From the IMG/VR virus record IMGVR_UViG_3300042191_000299, positions 1 to 64,000 of that record: 64,000 bases of DNA; one strand, 5' to 3'. The notes under the pieces are model-generated. The model worked only from the letters and a program-made list of their open reading frames with translations, did not search any database and had not been told where the DNA came from. Source of the DNA: a virus. Below, piece after piece: positions 16,805 to 26,720 of the stretch; within the stretch, counting starts at the first letter, position 1, and each line of letters begins with the position of its first letter. The position numbers were made by a program, and so were the translations under genes.

Positions 16805-17095
16805 CTACTCCGTGTGCTCTGCGTCGTCTGCGAGACTGGCGAATTTCTCGCGTTCGACGATTCGCTCGGCGAGCTGCGTTGCCACCTCTGGTGGTTGCAC
16901 TGGTGGCGGCATTGGTGGCCCCTTCGCACGCGCCAACCGTTCCTGCGCAGCAGTGCCCACGCCGATCAGGTCATCGGCGTGGTGTTTGATCGTCTGCCAG
17001 TCGGCTTCGTCGACCGGACTCTCCGCGGCGAGCAGAAACTCAGAGAGTACCCGGTCGAGCCGGCCGATCATCGCGTCGAAAGCGTCGCGGGTCAC
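16805..17095 (-). CDS. hypothetical protein
   Basis: GTG start 3 nt after the upstream stop. 96 aa, helical composition. Confidence 0.5.
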   Translation of the reverse strand: MTRDAFDAMIGRLDRVLSEFLLAAESPVDEADWQTIKHHADDLIGVGTAAQERLARAKGPPMPPPVQPPEVATQLAERIVEREKFASLADDAEHTE

Positions 17096-17098
17096 GGC

Positions 17099-17932
17099 TC
17101 AGTCCTGCAGCAGCAACCGCTTCGGATCGCACCCGAACGCCACGCCGTGCATGTTCGCGGCCACGCACGTGTCCAGCAGCGCCTTCGCCGCACGCTGGTA
17201 GTCCGCCAGCCCGATACGCCCTCGCATCAGCAGGTAGCGCATGTAGATGAACGCCGTCTTCACCGCATCAGTGAGGCAGTAGGATTCCAGCTGCTGGATC
17301 TGCCCGTTCTTGAACATGTCCAGCACCTTGCCGCCGTTGGCCTCGCACTTCGTGGGCAGCCCGATGACCGTCGCCATCGCATCTAGCGAGAAGCCTTTCT
17401 TTTGCACGGCGCCAAACTCCGTGAGCGTGTCGCACAGATCCACGTGGCTGTCCTCGCCGTACCGGTAGCGCACGTCTTTTGTGTACCAGTGCTGCGGCAG
17501 CCCCCAGCGGAATGCGCGCAGGGCCAACACAGGCACGTCGAACGCGCGTCCGTTGTACGTGACCAGCGTGGCGCCGTTGGTGTTGCCGATAAGGTCCGCC
17601 CAGTCGGTCAGCATGCGGCGCTCTTCGAGCCCGTACGACGACGTGCCGAGACAGCCCCCTGCGGTCATGGCCAGGTTATCGTCGAGCAGCACGTAGCCGA
17701 TTGCCACGGGCTTGCACGCGTAGAGCGGCGGGAACGGCTCTTTATCCTCAGCAGGTGTTGCGGGTGCCTTCTTGCGGCTGCGTGATTTCTTGGCCGGCTG
17801 GATATCCGGTTGGGCCACGCCATTCGCTTCGGCCGTTGCCGGCGGCTCAGGCGCAGGTGCCGGCGGCGGCTCTGGCGGTGTCCACAGCGTGTAGTCGGGC
17901 ACTGTCTCGATGTCAAAGATAAGTGTGGGCAT
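17099..17932 (-). CDS. 3'-5' exonuclease (PolB-exonuclease-like RNase H fold)
   Basis: N-terminal LIFDIETVPD (Exo I), YNGRAFDVPVL (Exo II). 277 aa. Confidence 0.7.
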   Translation of the reverse strand: MPTLIFDIETVPDYTLWTPPEPPPAPAPEPPATAEANGVAQPDIQPAKKSRSRKKAPATPAEDKEPFPPLYACKPVAIGYVLLDDNLAMTAGGCLGTSSYGLEERRMLTDWADLIGNTNGATLVTYNGRAFDVPVLALRAFRWGLPQHWYTKDVRYRYGEDSHVDLCDTLTEFGAVQKKGFSLDAMATVIGLPTKCEANGGKVLDMFKNGQIQQLESYCLTDAVKTAFIYMRYLLMRGRIGLADYQRAAKALLDTCVAANMHGVAFGCDPKRLLLQD

Positions 17933-18192
17933 CAGATGGTCCCCAGTTGCGCGCTGTGTTGCGCGATGTCCATGCGCCGCTTCGCGATGATTCTAGCGAC
18001 CTGGTCGGCATTCAGCGGACCAAACGTCGGCGATTTCGCGTCGCCAAACGATCCGAAATCAATCCCGCCACCTGACGACAGCACAAGGACGATGCGCCCG
18101 CTATCGTCTTGCAGGGCTGCTGTAATGGTCTCGCCCACCAGATGCCTCAGCACGCTCGTGCTGTTGGCCGACCCTTTGTACTCAGTAATCAT
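17932..18192 (-). CDS. hypothetical protein
   Basis: Only the last 86 codons of the listed 401-aa ORF look coding. Starts at MITEYKG. Confidence 0.5.
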   Translation of the reverse strand: MITEYKGSANSTSVLRHLVGETITAALQDDSGRIVLVLSSGGGIDFGSFGDAKSPTFGPLNADQVARIIAKRRMDIAQHSAQLGTI

Positions 18193-18204
18193 TTGATGTG
18201 CTCC

Positions 18205-18284
18205 CCCCGAAATAAAACCCGAAGCCGGCGCAGTTAGCCGTCTCTCGACAGCGCGTGTACGCTCTTCCCCGCGCCGGCTTCGGG
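18205..18284 (-). terminator. long hairpin with T-tract (intrinsic terminator-like)
   Basis: CCCGAAGCCGGCGC (18218-18231) pairs with GCGCCGGCTTCGGG (18271-18284). On the minus strand it is followed by TTTTATTT. Confidence 0.5.
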
Positions 18285-18308
18285 CAGTTGGTCTTTTTAG
18301 CCTTGCCC

Positions 18309-19274
18309 CTACACGGGGGGCGTGAACCCGGGACCGCCCGGAAAACCCGGGAAGGCGGAGCCAGCAGCGGGCGCCGGAGCACCGTTGGTGGGCTGCGTGA
18401 CCGCTTGCTGCGGTTGTGCCATCTGCTGCTGCTGCGGTTGTGCCGGTGGCGTGAACGTGAACCCGCCAGCTTGTGCCTGCACCGGCGGGGTTCCCGCAGG
18501 TGCAGGCGGCTGTTGGAATGTCTGCTGCTGGGGAGGCGGCGACGCAAAGCCTTGCTGCGGCTGCATCGGTGCGGCAGCTTGCGGCGCCGGTGCGAATGCT
18601 TGTGTTTGCGGGAACCCCGTCGGCGCAGCCGGCGCCCCCGGCAATCCCCCTGCCATTCCCGGAAATGCCGGCGGCAACCCACCAGGCAGCGCCCCAGCAG
18701 ATCCCGGAGCACCCGCGTTGTTTCCGCGTGGCTTCGGTGTCCAGCGGTGGCGCTTGCTGGCCACAGCCTGCTCGTATTCCTCCTTGGAAACCCACGCGTC
18801 TACGCCCGTGCGCATGCCGCCGCTGTCGTCGCTGTACGCCGCAGTCCGAAGCCAGCACAGCTGCTGTGCGAACATCCCCGGCGTGTACCGCATTGCCCCC
18901 TGCGCTGCCTGCATGCCTCCGATCGAGCGCATCAGGGTGCGCCACGTGAACCACGTGTCCTTCTTCGTCCCCCGCGGGTCGGGCAGCAGCTTGGAGACGC
19001 TCTTCCCAGCAACATCCTGGTCGAGCAACTCGACAGCAATCCACACGCCCTTTTGCTCGACGAATTTCTCCGAGCGGATCCGCGCGGCGTAGTAGCCGTC
19101 CATGTCGAGGACATCGGGAATGTCCATCGGCTGCCAATTCGGATCGGCGGGAATGTCGAGCACGAATCCTGCGCTAGGACCGCCCATCATCGGCGCCCAC
19201 GCCTGCTGTCCTGGTACCATCTGACCGCCCGGCATACCGGGGGTCATTCCTGGGAATCCACCTGAAAAACTCAT
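18309..19274 (-). CDS. hypothetical protein with P/Q/G-rich C-terminal tail (SSB-like role suggested only by position)
   Basis: ATG 19274 preceded by AAAGGAG. 321 aa. Sits beside the Sak4-like ATPase. Confidence 0.55.
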   Translation of the reverse strand: MSFSGGFPGMTPGMPGGQMVPGQQAWAPMMGGPSAGFVLDIPADPNWQPMDIPDVLDMDGYYAARIRSEKFVEQKGVWIAVELLDQDVAGKSVSKLLPDPRGTKKDTWFTWRTLMRSIGGMQAAQGAMRYTPGMFAQQLCWLRTAAYSDDSGGMRTGVDAWVSKEEYEQAVASKRHRWTPKPRGNNAGAPGSAGALPGGLPPAFPGMAGGLPGAPAAPTGFPQTQAFAPAPQAAAPMQPQQGFASPPPQQQTFQQPPAPAGTPPVQAQAGGFTFTPPAQPQQQQMAQPQQAVTQPTNGAPAPAAGSAFPGFPGGPGFTPPV

Positions 19275-19303
19275 CACTGGCTCCTTTGTTTGTTTGGTTT
19301 CGA

Positions 19304-20083
19304 TCACAGTCCGTCGTACGGAGGCGTTCTGCTACGCAGGAAAGCCCCCAGGTCAGCCGGCACCAATGCGCTACCGCACCCCTCACGATTCTTCGTGCGC
19401 CACATGCGCCAGTCCGGCGGCGGCACCACGTTGCTCAATTCTGTCGGCCACGTCTCACCGCCGGTCCAGTAGACGCGCATCGGCGGCCGGCCAATCGCGT
19501 GCAGGTGATCCACGCGCAGGACGGTGTCGACGAGACCGTAGTACTGCTCGATCATCGTCTTCGGTGCGAGGAGGGGTCCGCCTTTGTTGAAGATGCCCTC
19601 TTTCACCTCAGGACCGATGCCGTGGCAGATGAACACGCTGTGCAACCCCAGCATGCGGATCCACTCGCGGATGTTGTACAGCGCCGCACGCATCGCGTTC
19701 CAAATCTCGTAGCCGTTCTTCGAGCCCTTCGCCACCTCCACCTCTTTGTTGAGGTACATCATGAACGTGGACAGCGTGTCGACGACAACCGCGCTGTAGT
19801 TGCCACGGTGCTGGGCGAGCCAGCCGATGGTCTCCGTCATCGCCGGCCACGATTTCACCGGCAGCTCAGGGTGGTCTGGGATCGGGAGCCCGCGCGCCAA
19901 GATGGGTTTCAGCGCACCGTCCTCGCACGGAATGTAGAAGGCCGTGCAGCGCCCGTTCTTGATGAACGCTTTCACAGCATCGGTAGTCTTCTCCGTGCCG
20001 GGGGCGCCGTACAGCATGACGTTGCACGGCTGCACAGCGACGTTGGCGTGCGCCTGCGCGCCCGTGACGATGTTGATGGCCAT
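19304..20083 (-). CDS. Sak4-like RecA-fold ATPase (AAA_24 family)
   Basis: Starts at MAINIV. Walker A LYGAPGTEKT, Walker B AVVVDTLS. Confidence 0.7.
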   Translation of the reverse strand: MAINIVTGAQAHANVAVQPCNVMLYGAPGTEKTTDAVKAFIKNGRCTAFYIPCEDGALKPILARGLPIPDHPELPVKSWPAMTETIGWLAQHRGNYSAVVVDTLSTFMMYLNKEVEVAKGSKNGYEIWNAMRAALYNIREWIRMLGLHSVFICHGIGPEVKEGIFNKGGPLLAPKTMIEQYYGLVDTVLRVDHLHAIGRPPMRVYWTGGETWPTELSNVVPPPDWRMWRTKNREGCGSALVPADLGAFLRSRTPPYDGL

Positions 20084-20349
20084 CAGGCTTTTCCCTCGTT
20101 GTCGTCGGGTAGATCGGGATCGGCCAGCAGGTACTCGCTCCTGTCCTGCAAATCGACCAGCAGCTCCGTCAACCACGCAACGGTTGACTTGCGCCGCCGC
20201 GACTGTGTGTAATACACGAAGCTCGTGATCGTTCGGAGCGTTTCGGTGAACGACCAGCCCTGTTCGCGGAAGAAGTCGAGGAGTGCCTCACGGCGCGCCG
20301 TGCATTCGCGGCGCTCGCGATCGGACGTCATGTGTGGAATGGCGCCCAT
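20083..20349 (-). CDS. hypothetical protein
   Basis: Starts at MGAIPHM, overlapping the upstream stop. 88 aa. Confidence 0.45.
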   Translation of the reverse strand: MGAIPHMTSDRERRECTARREALLDFFREQGWSFTETLRTITSFVYYTQSRRRKSTVAWLTELLVDLQDRSEYLLADPDLPDDNEGKA

Positions 20350-21233
20350 CACGTTCTCCTCTTGTACTCGACCAGGCGGTGTGGACCCTCGGAGCAGATT
20401 TCGTAGAAATCGCATTTTCCGTACTTACGGACGCAATTCTCGTTGTGTCGGGGGCGATTCGCCGGATCGGGAAACCGTCTACGCACGTCCTGCATACGCA
20501 TCAGCACCTCCTGCGTGTCTGCGCCAAGGCGCCCGTACGCCTCGTGCGATATCGGCACATCGAACCGCTGGAAGTGCGGCTCGGGGTACTCCCGCGACAT
20601 CGCGTTGATGATGACCCGGTTGATGGGGTATCCGTGGGCGCGGGCCAGCGCCAGACAGGTCAGCATCTGCCGGTCGGTGGCGTAGCTGCTGCCCTTGTGG
20701 TTGGACACTTTGCTACCTGTTTTATGGTCGCACAGTATCACCTCGTGCCCGTCCCACACGACCAGGTCCAGCCGTGCGGTGTACGGCTCGGTGTTGCCGT
20801 CGGGCATGCGGAAGGGCACCTCGAACTGGTGCTCCACCAGCAGCGGCTTCCAGGGGCGCACGGAGCCGTTGGCGATCAATCGATCGTAGTAGGCACAGTA
20901 GCTGTCGTAGACGCGCAGCGCCTCAGCCGCCAGGTCGGGCCGGTCCTGTCCGCAGATCCAGATGGCGTGACGCCCGTCGGGGTACACTAGCCAGTCGGGC
21001 CGCACGTCGAGCAGCAGCCCGTAGCGGTAGGCAAGCCCCACGTGCACCAGCGTGCCGAGCGCGGGAGCTTCCTTCTCCAAGTTCGGCCGCAGCATCAGCT
21101 CGTAGCCGAATCCCTCCAGCTGGGGGCACACGGCGAAGGCACCAACTCTATGAGGGCCTTGCTTCGAACTACCACCAGGCCAGACGACGTTGCTGCTGGA
21201 TTGAGTGTGCCCCGGTGAATGGACGTCAGGCAT
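20349..21233 (-). CDS. PD-(D/E)XK nuclease (Cas4/RecB-like recombination exonuclease)
   Basis: LDLVVWD..ILCDHKTG core. C-terminal Cys cluster C..YGKCDFYEIC. Confidence 0.7.
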   Translation of the reverse strand: MPDVHSPGHTQSSSNVVWPGGSSKQGPHRVGAFAVCPQLEGFGYELMLRPNLEKEAPALGTLVHVGLAYRYGLLLDVRPDWLVYPDGRHAIWICGQDRPDLAAEALRVYDSYCAYYDRLIANGSVRPWKPLLVEHQFEVPFRMPDGNTEPYTARLDLVVWDGHEVILCDHKTGSKVSNHKGSSYATDRQMLTCLALARAHGYPINRVIINAMSREYPEPHFQRFDVPISHEAYGRLGADTQEVLMRMQDVRRRFPDPANRPRHNENCVRKYGKCDFYEICSEGPHRLVEYKRRT

Positions 21234-21765
21234 TTCGAAAGTGCTCCTTCACCCACACAGAGCACTGCCGGGCGTGGTCGATGGCCTGCTCGACGTCGGC
21301 CTGCGCACGATGCACCCCGTTGTTGCCTTTCGGGAACGCCGGCATGCCGTGCGAACGGCAGAACAGCTTGATCGCGCTCACGTCGTAGTGCCGATGAGAG
21401 AACACCTGGCGCAACACGCGGAAGTGGTGGTCCATAAAATTGTGGTCGAACTGCACGCTCGCGCCCGCGAGAATCGGCCGCTCCTCAGGATCGTCGATGA
21501 ACGGAATCAGGTGGAGCAGCTCGTGCTCAACAGTGGGCAACTGAATCGTCGACGCAGCACACTGGGCCAGGAGCCCGTTTTTGGTGTGCATCCGCTTCAC
21601 TTCGGCATCCATCAGACGCGGATGCGCGTTGTGGATGACCGCGTGGTAAATCGGCGTAGCGTTGAATGGATCCTCCAGGGTCGCCTCGGAAATGGCGATC
21701 TCCAGTATCTCGTGAATGCCCGGGTTCGGCCCCGACGTTTCTAGGTCTGTCCATAGAAGTCTCAT
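21226..21765 (-). CDS. oligoribonuclease-like DEDDh 3'-5' exonuclease
   Basis: Starts at MRLLWTDLETSG. Motifs SVQFDHNFM and HRAQADV. Lower GC3 than its neighbours. Confidence 0.7.
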   Translation of the reverse strand: MRLLWTDLETSGPNPGIHEILEIAISEATLEDPFNATPIYHAVIHNAHPRLMDAEVKRMHTKNGLLAQCAASTIQLPTVEHELLHLIPFIDDPEERPILAGASVQFDHNFMDHHFRVLRQVFSHRHYDVSAIKLFCRSHGMPAFPKGNNGVHRAQADVEQAIDHARQCSVWVKEHFRNA

Positions 21766-21949
21766 TCGCGCCCTTTCGCCCACGTGGTGTACGTGCCCTT
21801 TACGATCATTCGGCAGCACCGCTTGCACTGCTCGGCGGGAAACTCCTGCGTCAGCGCTCCCATCCGATTCCTGTCTAACCGAATGCGCGGCGTGCACAGC
21901 GCGCGTGGTCACCCCCGGCCATTCACCACGTGCAACTTCTTTTCGTTCT

Positions 21950-23656
21950 TCACGCCTTTACCCCCGCCGTTAGCCGCGCGAACAGACCATCGATGATCGA
22001 CTCGTCACTCTTCACGTTGCCGCCGAGCATCGTTTGCATTTCCTGCTGATCTGATTCCGCGCCGAGCGCCGACTCGATGGTGGCCAGCTTCTCGATCACC
22101 GTCTCCACCACGCCTTCGTCGATGGTGCCGGTGCCGATCACGTAGCGCACCAGCACACGCTTCTCACTCCCCCGGCGGTGGGCGCGCTTCTCTGCCTGCA
22201 ACAGCTTCCACGGCTCGGGCACCAGATCGGCGAAGATCACCAAGTCGGCGCCAACCAGCGAAATGGCGATGCCCACCGAATCGATGGTGGCGACGAATGC
22301 CGCGGGCGATGAGCTGTCGCGGAACACCGTGGCCTGCTGGTCGCGGCCGTCGGGGGACAGCTCACCGTGCACCAGGAAGATCGGGCAGTCGATCTTGGTG
22401 CGCACGGCCTTGGCGATCTCGTCGGCTTGCTCGCGCATGTACGTGTAGACGATCACCTTCTGCTTTGCGTTCAGCGCTTCCAGTGTCTGCTCGACGATGG
22501 CCCCCCGCTTCGCCCGTGCCGTTGCACGCAGAGCTTTGGCGACGAAGCCGGACTTGGTCAGCGCCAGATGGCCTTCGTGCACCGTCGGCGCCGTCATCGT
22601 CACGTCAATCTTGAAAATCTCGCGGCGCTTCTCCGGCAGCTGCAGGCCCACGGAGGCGGTGCTGCGGCCGAGGCAGAAGAACCCGAGCCGCGCCGCCAGC
22701 TCTTGCGTGTTGTCAGCGCCCGTGTCCTTCCAGCCGTATTGACCGAGGGCTGCTCCGCAATATTTTTTCGCCCAACTCCAGTACGACATGCCCGCTATGC
22801 CATCGCTGATGAAATCGATCAGCGCCCAGAGATCCCGCACGTAGTTGGGCATCGGCGTACCGGTGAGTGCCCAGACCACCGGCACGCGCCGGCACATCTT
22901 CTTCGCTGTCTGCGTGCGCTTCGATGAGCGCCCGCGGAGCATGTGCGCCTCATCGGCGATGACAAGCAAAAAACCTGTGGCAGCGATGAGCCCTGCCCAG
23001 CCAGGCAGATGGTTGATGTCGTGGACCACCCCCGAGGCATCGCGCTTCGTCTTGCCGTATAGAATGTCGTAGTTCGCAATCACGTAGCGCGTCCGGGGGA
23101 TCTCCGTGGGGGTGAGCGTGTCGAGCACTTCCGCCTCGGCGCCCACCCATTTCTTCACCTCGCGCTGCCAGTGGCGCTTAGCCAGTGCCGGGCACAAGAT
23201 CAGCACCACCGGCGTAGTGGGTACGGGAACGATGCCAAGCGCCAGCCGCGCCTCGGCCGCGATCAGCGCCTGCGCCGTCTTGCCCAGGCCCATCTGATCG
23301 AACAGCCCCGCGTAGTCCCTCTCAGCCAAGAACGCGGCGCCCTCGGTCTGGTACTCCGACAGCGGCGGATCGGTCAGCCGGCTGAATTCGATCGCCTTCT
23401 CTCGGGCCCCGGCCACGCCAGGCCACCGCACCGGTCGCGAGCTGGCACCACCCAGCACCTTCTCCACCAGCCACGCAGCGTCGACGGCGGCGTGCGTTGC
23501 GCCTATCTTCGACACCAGCACCCCCGGGGCGTGCCATTCGTCGATCTGCCCCGGGTAGACGTACGGGCGCCCGCCCCGAGGGTGCGTGCTCGCCTGCAGG
23601 ATCGCACGATGCTGGATCACTGGTGGCAGCGGAATCTGTTGGATAGTCGACGACAT
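21950..23656 (-). CDS. SNF2-family helicase
   Basis: YQTEGAAFL, MGLGKTAQAL, DEAHMLRG. C-terminal helicase motifs. Confidence 0.85.
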   Translation of the reverse strand: MSSTIQQIPLPPVIQHRAILQASTHPRGGRPYVYPGQIDEWHAPGVLVSKIGATHAAVDAAWLVEKVLGGASSRPVRWPGVAGAREKAIEFSRLTDPPLSEYQTEGAAFLAERDYAGLFDQMGLGKTAQALIAAEARLALGIVPVPTTPVVLILCPALAKRHWQREVKKWVGAEAEVLDTLTPTEIPRTRYVIANYDILYGKTKRDASGVVHDINHLPGWAGLIAATGFLLVIADEAHMLRGRSSKRTQTAKKMCRRVPVVWALTGTPMPNYVRDLWALIDFISDGIAGMSYWSWAKKYCGAALGQYGWKDTGADNTQELAARLGFFCLGRSTASVGLQLPEKRREIFKIDVTMTAPTVHEGHLALTKSGFVAKALRATARAKRGAIVEQTLEALNAKQKVIVYTYMREQADEIAKAVRTKIDCPIFLVHGELSPDGRDQQATVFRDSSSPAAFVATIDSVGIAISLVGADLVIFADLVPEPWKLLQAEKRAHRRGSEKRVLVRYVIGTGTIDEGVVETVIEKLATIESALGAESDQQEMQTMLGGNVKSDESIIDGLFARLTAGVKA

Positions 23657-23781
23657 GCGCGCGGCGGCTCACTGGCGTGCTGGCCAGGGAAGAGCGTACG
23701 GGTCGAACTTGTAACGCCGTCGCGCAATGGCGTCAACTAAAAAATTTCTCACTGTGTGAGTATTGAAGATCGCAAAGTTTG

Positions 23782-23810
23782 TTGACGCCCACCTGATAGG
23801 TCTGTTACAC
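23782..23810 (+). promoter_or_regulatory. candidate promoter in an AT-richer divergent intergenic region
   Basis: TTGACG-N17-TTACAC, ending 11 nt before GTG 23822. A CTCAC-TGT-GTGAG dyad lies at 23749-23761. Confidence 0.3.
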
Positions 23811-23821
23811 GACACAGACCC

Positions 23822-25075
23822 GTGCTTCTGGATCGGATCAGCAATGCGCTACCGCAGGGTTACGGTTTCCTGCGGAGCTACGTCGAATACGCTGCCCAGT
23901 GCAGTGACGCGCCCGAGATTTATCACGTGGGCGTCGGGCTCACGATCTTGAGCGGCGCCATCGCCAAAAAGCTACCGTGCCCGTGGATTGCCGGGCGTGC
24001 GCTGATCCCCAACCTGTACACGCTGCTCGTCGGCCCAAGCCGGGCCTCGCGCAAGACAGGCTCGATGGATGCCGGCATTGACATTCTACAGACGGCACAG
24101 AACGAGCTGGTGATCCCGATCCCAGGATCGTACGAAGAGCTGGTCACGCAGATCCGTTCGACGCCCAGCGGGCTCCTCACCTACCGTGAGTTCGGGCACT
24201 TCCTCAAAACCACGCAGCGCGGGTACGGCGAGCCACTGCGTACGGTGCTGATGGATCTCTACGATTGGCCACCCGATCGTCCCTATGTTCGCAACCTGAG
24301 AAAAGCAAAAACGATCGTCGAGCCCCCCATCTGCCTCTCGATGTTGAGCAGCATCGCCACGGATCTGCTGTTTCAGTTCTCCGACACAGAGGATTGGACC
24401 GGCGGGTTCCTCGGTCGGATGCTGCTGCTCTACGGCGAGCGCGACACGTTCAAGATGCCCGTCACGTGGTCGTCGGCACGGCAGCAGCTCATCGGCCTGC
24501 TGCACGGTCTGGCGCACTATCCAGTCCCAGCCTGCGGTGGTTTCTCACCCCAGGCGTGGCAACAGTTCTCGCAGTGGTCGCAGTGGCGCGACGGGCAGAC
24601 GGTGAACGCGCCCGCCCGCATGCAGACGCACATCTCGGGCGCCACCACGCTGGCCGCCAAGGTGGCGTTGCTCTATTCGGCTGACGCGGGCGAGGTAGCG
24701 GCGGGCAACGGCTGGCTGGTGTCGTACGAGAGCCTTCGCCGCGCGGTGCTGTTCGTCGAGGAGCTTTACATCCCGTCGATCATGCACCTCGGAGATCGCC
24801 TGGCGCTCGGCATCTGGGAGCGCGACAGGCAAAAGGTCGTCGACGCCGTCACCGAGCGTGGGCAGGTGGGCATCACGCGCCGCGATCTGCTGAAGCGCGT
24901 GCGTATGGAATCCACGTTCCTCGAAACCATTATCAACACGCTTCGGGAAGAGGGAACGATCGTCAGCGGCAGCGAAGCGAAGGGCCAGCCGGTCTATCGC
25001 GCGGCCACCAATGGCTTCGTGCCACCACCACGTGTGGGCACGGTGACGCCAATCGACCAGGCGACGGCGCCGTGA
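23822..25075 (+). CDS. DUF3987-like protein (replication-associated, tentative)
   Basis: 417 aa. LLVGPSRASRKTGS P-loop-like motif. GTG start. Confidence 0.45.
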   Translation: MLLDRISNALPQGYGFLRSYVEYAAQCSDAPEIYHVGVGLTILSGAIAKKLPCPWIAGRALIPNLYTLLVGPSRASRKTGSMDAGIDILQTAQNELVIPIPGSYEELVTQIRSTPSGLLTYREFGHFLKTTQRGYGEPLRTVLMDLYDWPPDRPYVRNLRKAKTIVEPPICLSMLSSIATDLLFQFSDTEDWTGGFLGRMLLLYGERDTFKMPVTWSSARQQLIGLLHGLAHYPVPACGGFSPQAWQQFSQWSQWRDGQTVNAPARMQTHISGATTLAAKVALLYSADAGEVAAGNGWLVSYESLRRAVLFVEELYIPSIMHLGDRLALGIWERDRQKVVDAVTERGQVGITRRDLLKRVRMESTFLETIINTLREEGTIVSGSEAKGQPVYRAATNGFVPPPRVGTVTPIDQATAP

Positions 25076-25611
25076 CACAGGTGTCGCGGCTTTTGGCCTC
25101 CCCCAACCGACAGCGCCTCGTCGCGGACATTCCTCTCCTCGGCACAGACCGCACGGCACGCGTCGACTACCGCGACCTGCACCACGTGTGCGATCACGAC
25201 TGGCGTCTCTACCAGACGTCGTCGCGGCACCCTCGGCGCACCGACTACGCCATCACGCGCATCAACGGTCGCAACGTGTACCTGCACTTGCACCTGTGGC
25301 ACTGCTGGGAGTTGCCGACGGTTCCTGTTGTCGACCACGAAGACGGTAACGGCCTGCACTGCACGTGGCTGAACCTGCGCGACGCCACCGTGGGGCAGAA
25401 CAACTGCAACCGGGGCCCGCTGCGCACCAACACCTCGGGATTCAAGGGTGTGACCTGGCACAAGCGTGACGAGCGGTGGCAGGCAGCGATCGGCACCGGC
25501 AATGAGCAGCGCTTCCTCGGCTACTTCGCTGATGCCGCCGAGGCAGCACGTGCCTACGACGAGGCGGCCAAGAAATTCCACGGTTCGTTCGCGGTCCTCA
25601 ACTTCCGCTAG
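25072..25611 (+). CDS. HNH endonuclease with AP2 DNA-binding domain (homing-endonuclease type)
   Basis: VVDHEDGNGLHCTWLNLRDAT..QNNCN (HNH). SGFKGVTWHKRDERWQAAI..YDEAAKKFHG (AP2). Confidence 0.8.
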   Translation: MTQVSRLLASPNRQRLVADIPLLGTDRTARVDYRDLHHVCDHDWRLYQTSSRHPRRTDYAITRINGRNVYLHLHLWHCWELPTVPVVDHEDGNGLHCTWLNLRDATVGQNNCNRGPLRTNTSGFKGVTWHKRDERWQAAIGTGNEQRFLGYFADAAEAARAYDEAAKKFHGSFAVLNFR

Positions 25612-25621
25612 GAGAACGCCC

Positions 25622-25828
25622 ATGCCTAAATGCTTTTGCCCGACGTGCGCCCGTGCTACGTGGTTTCGCAGTCAGCTCACAGACACGCAGGTGCGTCTGG
25701 CGGACTCCGCCGTGGACAAAGAATACGCGTTGCGCCGCGAGCTTGGATGGGAGACGGATCGGCCGCTGATCCTTGCCGCCGAGCAGGCCGTGCGAGCACG
25801 TACAGCGCAAGGCGTGTTGGCGGTTTAG
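25622..25828 (+). CDS. hypothetical small protein
   Basis: ATG-initiated, 68 aa. Starts MPKCFCPTCARATWF. Confidence 0.45.
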   Translation: MPKCFCPTCARATWFRSQLTDTQVRLADSAVDKEYALRRELGWETDRPLILAAEQAVRARTAQGVLAV

Positions 25829-25838
25829 CTGATTGGGC

Positions 25839-26048
25839 TCAATTCAGCAGCTGCGCCTCTTTCAGTAACTTGGCGATGGCTTCCGCATCAGTGGACATGA
25901 ACCACACGCACGACGGGAAGGGATCGTGGATCACCGTCAGGTCCGACAGCATAATTACCCCCTTGCAGCCCTCCCCCGGACACGGGCGCTTGACACGAAT
26001 ACGTGCGCAGTACTCTTTTCGGCGCCGTGCATGCTTCGCGCGACTCAT
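25839..26048 (-). CDS. hypothetical small protein
   Basis: 69 aa. ATGA coupling with the upstream ORF. Confidence 0.45.
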   Translation of the reverse strand: MSRAKHARRRKEYCARIRVKRPCPGEGCKGVIMLSDLTVIHDPFPSCVWFMSTDAEAIAKLLKEAQLLN

Positions 26049-26245
26049 CGCGATCGCGCGCTAGGCATCGGGCGCCGGGTGATCTCGGCAACGCGCAACC
26101 GAAACAGGGCCTCGCCAACGTCACAGGTCGGGTCCGACGCTTCGATCACGCAGCGGCCCTCGCACTGCACGCTGCCGACGTGCTCGGTGTACCAGCCCTT
26201 AGCTCCTAAGGCCGACAGCACGTCCATGCGCGAGCGCTCGGCCAT
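26045..26245 (-). CDS. hypothetical small protein
   Basis: 66 aa. Tight spacing with its neighbours. Confidence 0.45.
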   Translation of the reverse strand: MAERSRMDVLSALGAKGWYTEHVGSVQCEGRCVIEASDPTCDVGEALFRLRVAEITRRPMPSARSR

Positions 26246-26246
26246 T

Positions 26247-26468
26247 TCAGCTCTCCCAGCCCGTCATCGCCTCGACTTCCGTCGAGCTGTCGACCAGTTG
26301 CAGTTTCTCCGCGATGTCCGGCCGCAGCGTCCGCAGTGAGCCGGGCGAGCCCATGTACGACACCACGCGTGTCCTGGGATCGCGCGATATGATGAGCAAC
26401 TCGGCGATCCCAAGCTTCTGGGCCAGCCCACCTACGGTTTGGACAAACTGTTCGTACGGCGTCGGCAT
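26247..26468 (-). CDS. hypothetical small protein
   Basis: 73 aa with balanced composition. Confidence 0.5.
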   Translation of the reverse strand: MPTPYEQFVQTVGGLAQKLGIAELLIISRDPRTRVVSYMGSPGSLRTLRPDIAEKLQLVDSSTEVEAMTGWES

Positions 26469-26478
26469 GGTCGCGATT

Positions 26479-26718
26479 CTAGCTCCGTTTGGTTGTGGGG
26501 TCTTCCCCTTCGATTTGCGCCGCTGCTGTTTGCACCTGCGTGGCGATGAGCCCCAGCATTGCCTTCGAGCCCTCGGGCCCGTTGTTGCCGGTCATCTTCA
26601 TGACGGCGCGACCACCGGCCTGGTACCGGTAGATCACCGTAGCGTCGATGCCGCGTTGTTTGAGGCTCTTGAGGAAGGAGTGCACGAGGTCTTCGAGGGT
26701 GATGGTTTCGTTGGGCAT
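26479..26718 (-). CDS. hypothetical small protein
   Basis: Starts at MPNETITLEDL. 79 aa. Confidence 0.5.
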   Translation of the reverse strand: MPNETITLEDLVHSFLKSLKQRGIDATVIYRYQAGGRAVMKMTGNNGPEGSKAMLGLIATQVQTAAAQIEGEDPTTKRS

Positions 26719-26720
26719 CG

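Noticed and set aside
18218-18284. GAAGCCGGCGC in the terminator stem as a CRISPR-repeat relative.
   Set aside because: The similarity is limited to about 11 nt. The element is a self-contained 14-bp stem with a T-tract.
17932-19137. 401-aa minus-strand ORF.
   Set aside because: Only the last 86 codons (from ATG 18192) look protein-like. The remainder overlaps gene 18309-19274 in another frame and crosses a terminator hairpin.
20349-21233. Cas4-like PD-(D/E)XK nuclease as a CRISPR adaptation component.
   Set aside because: It sits in the Sak4-like/exonuclease recombination module, 14 kb from array 1. No cas1/cas2 is present. This fold is a standard phage recombination exonuclease.
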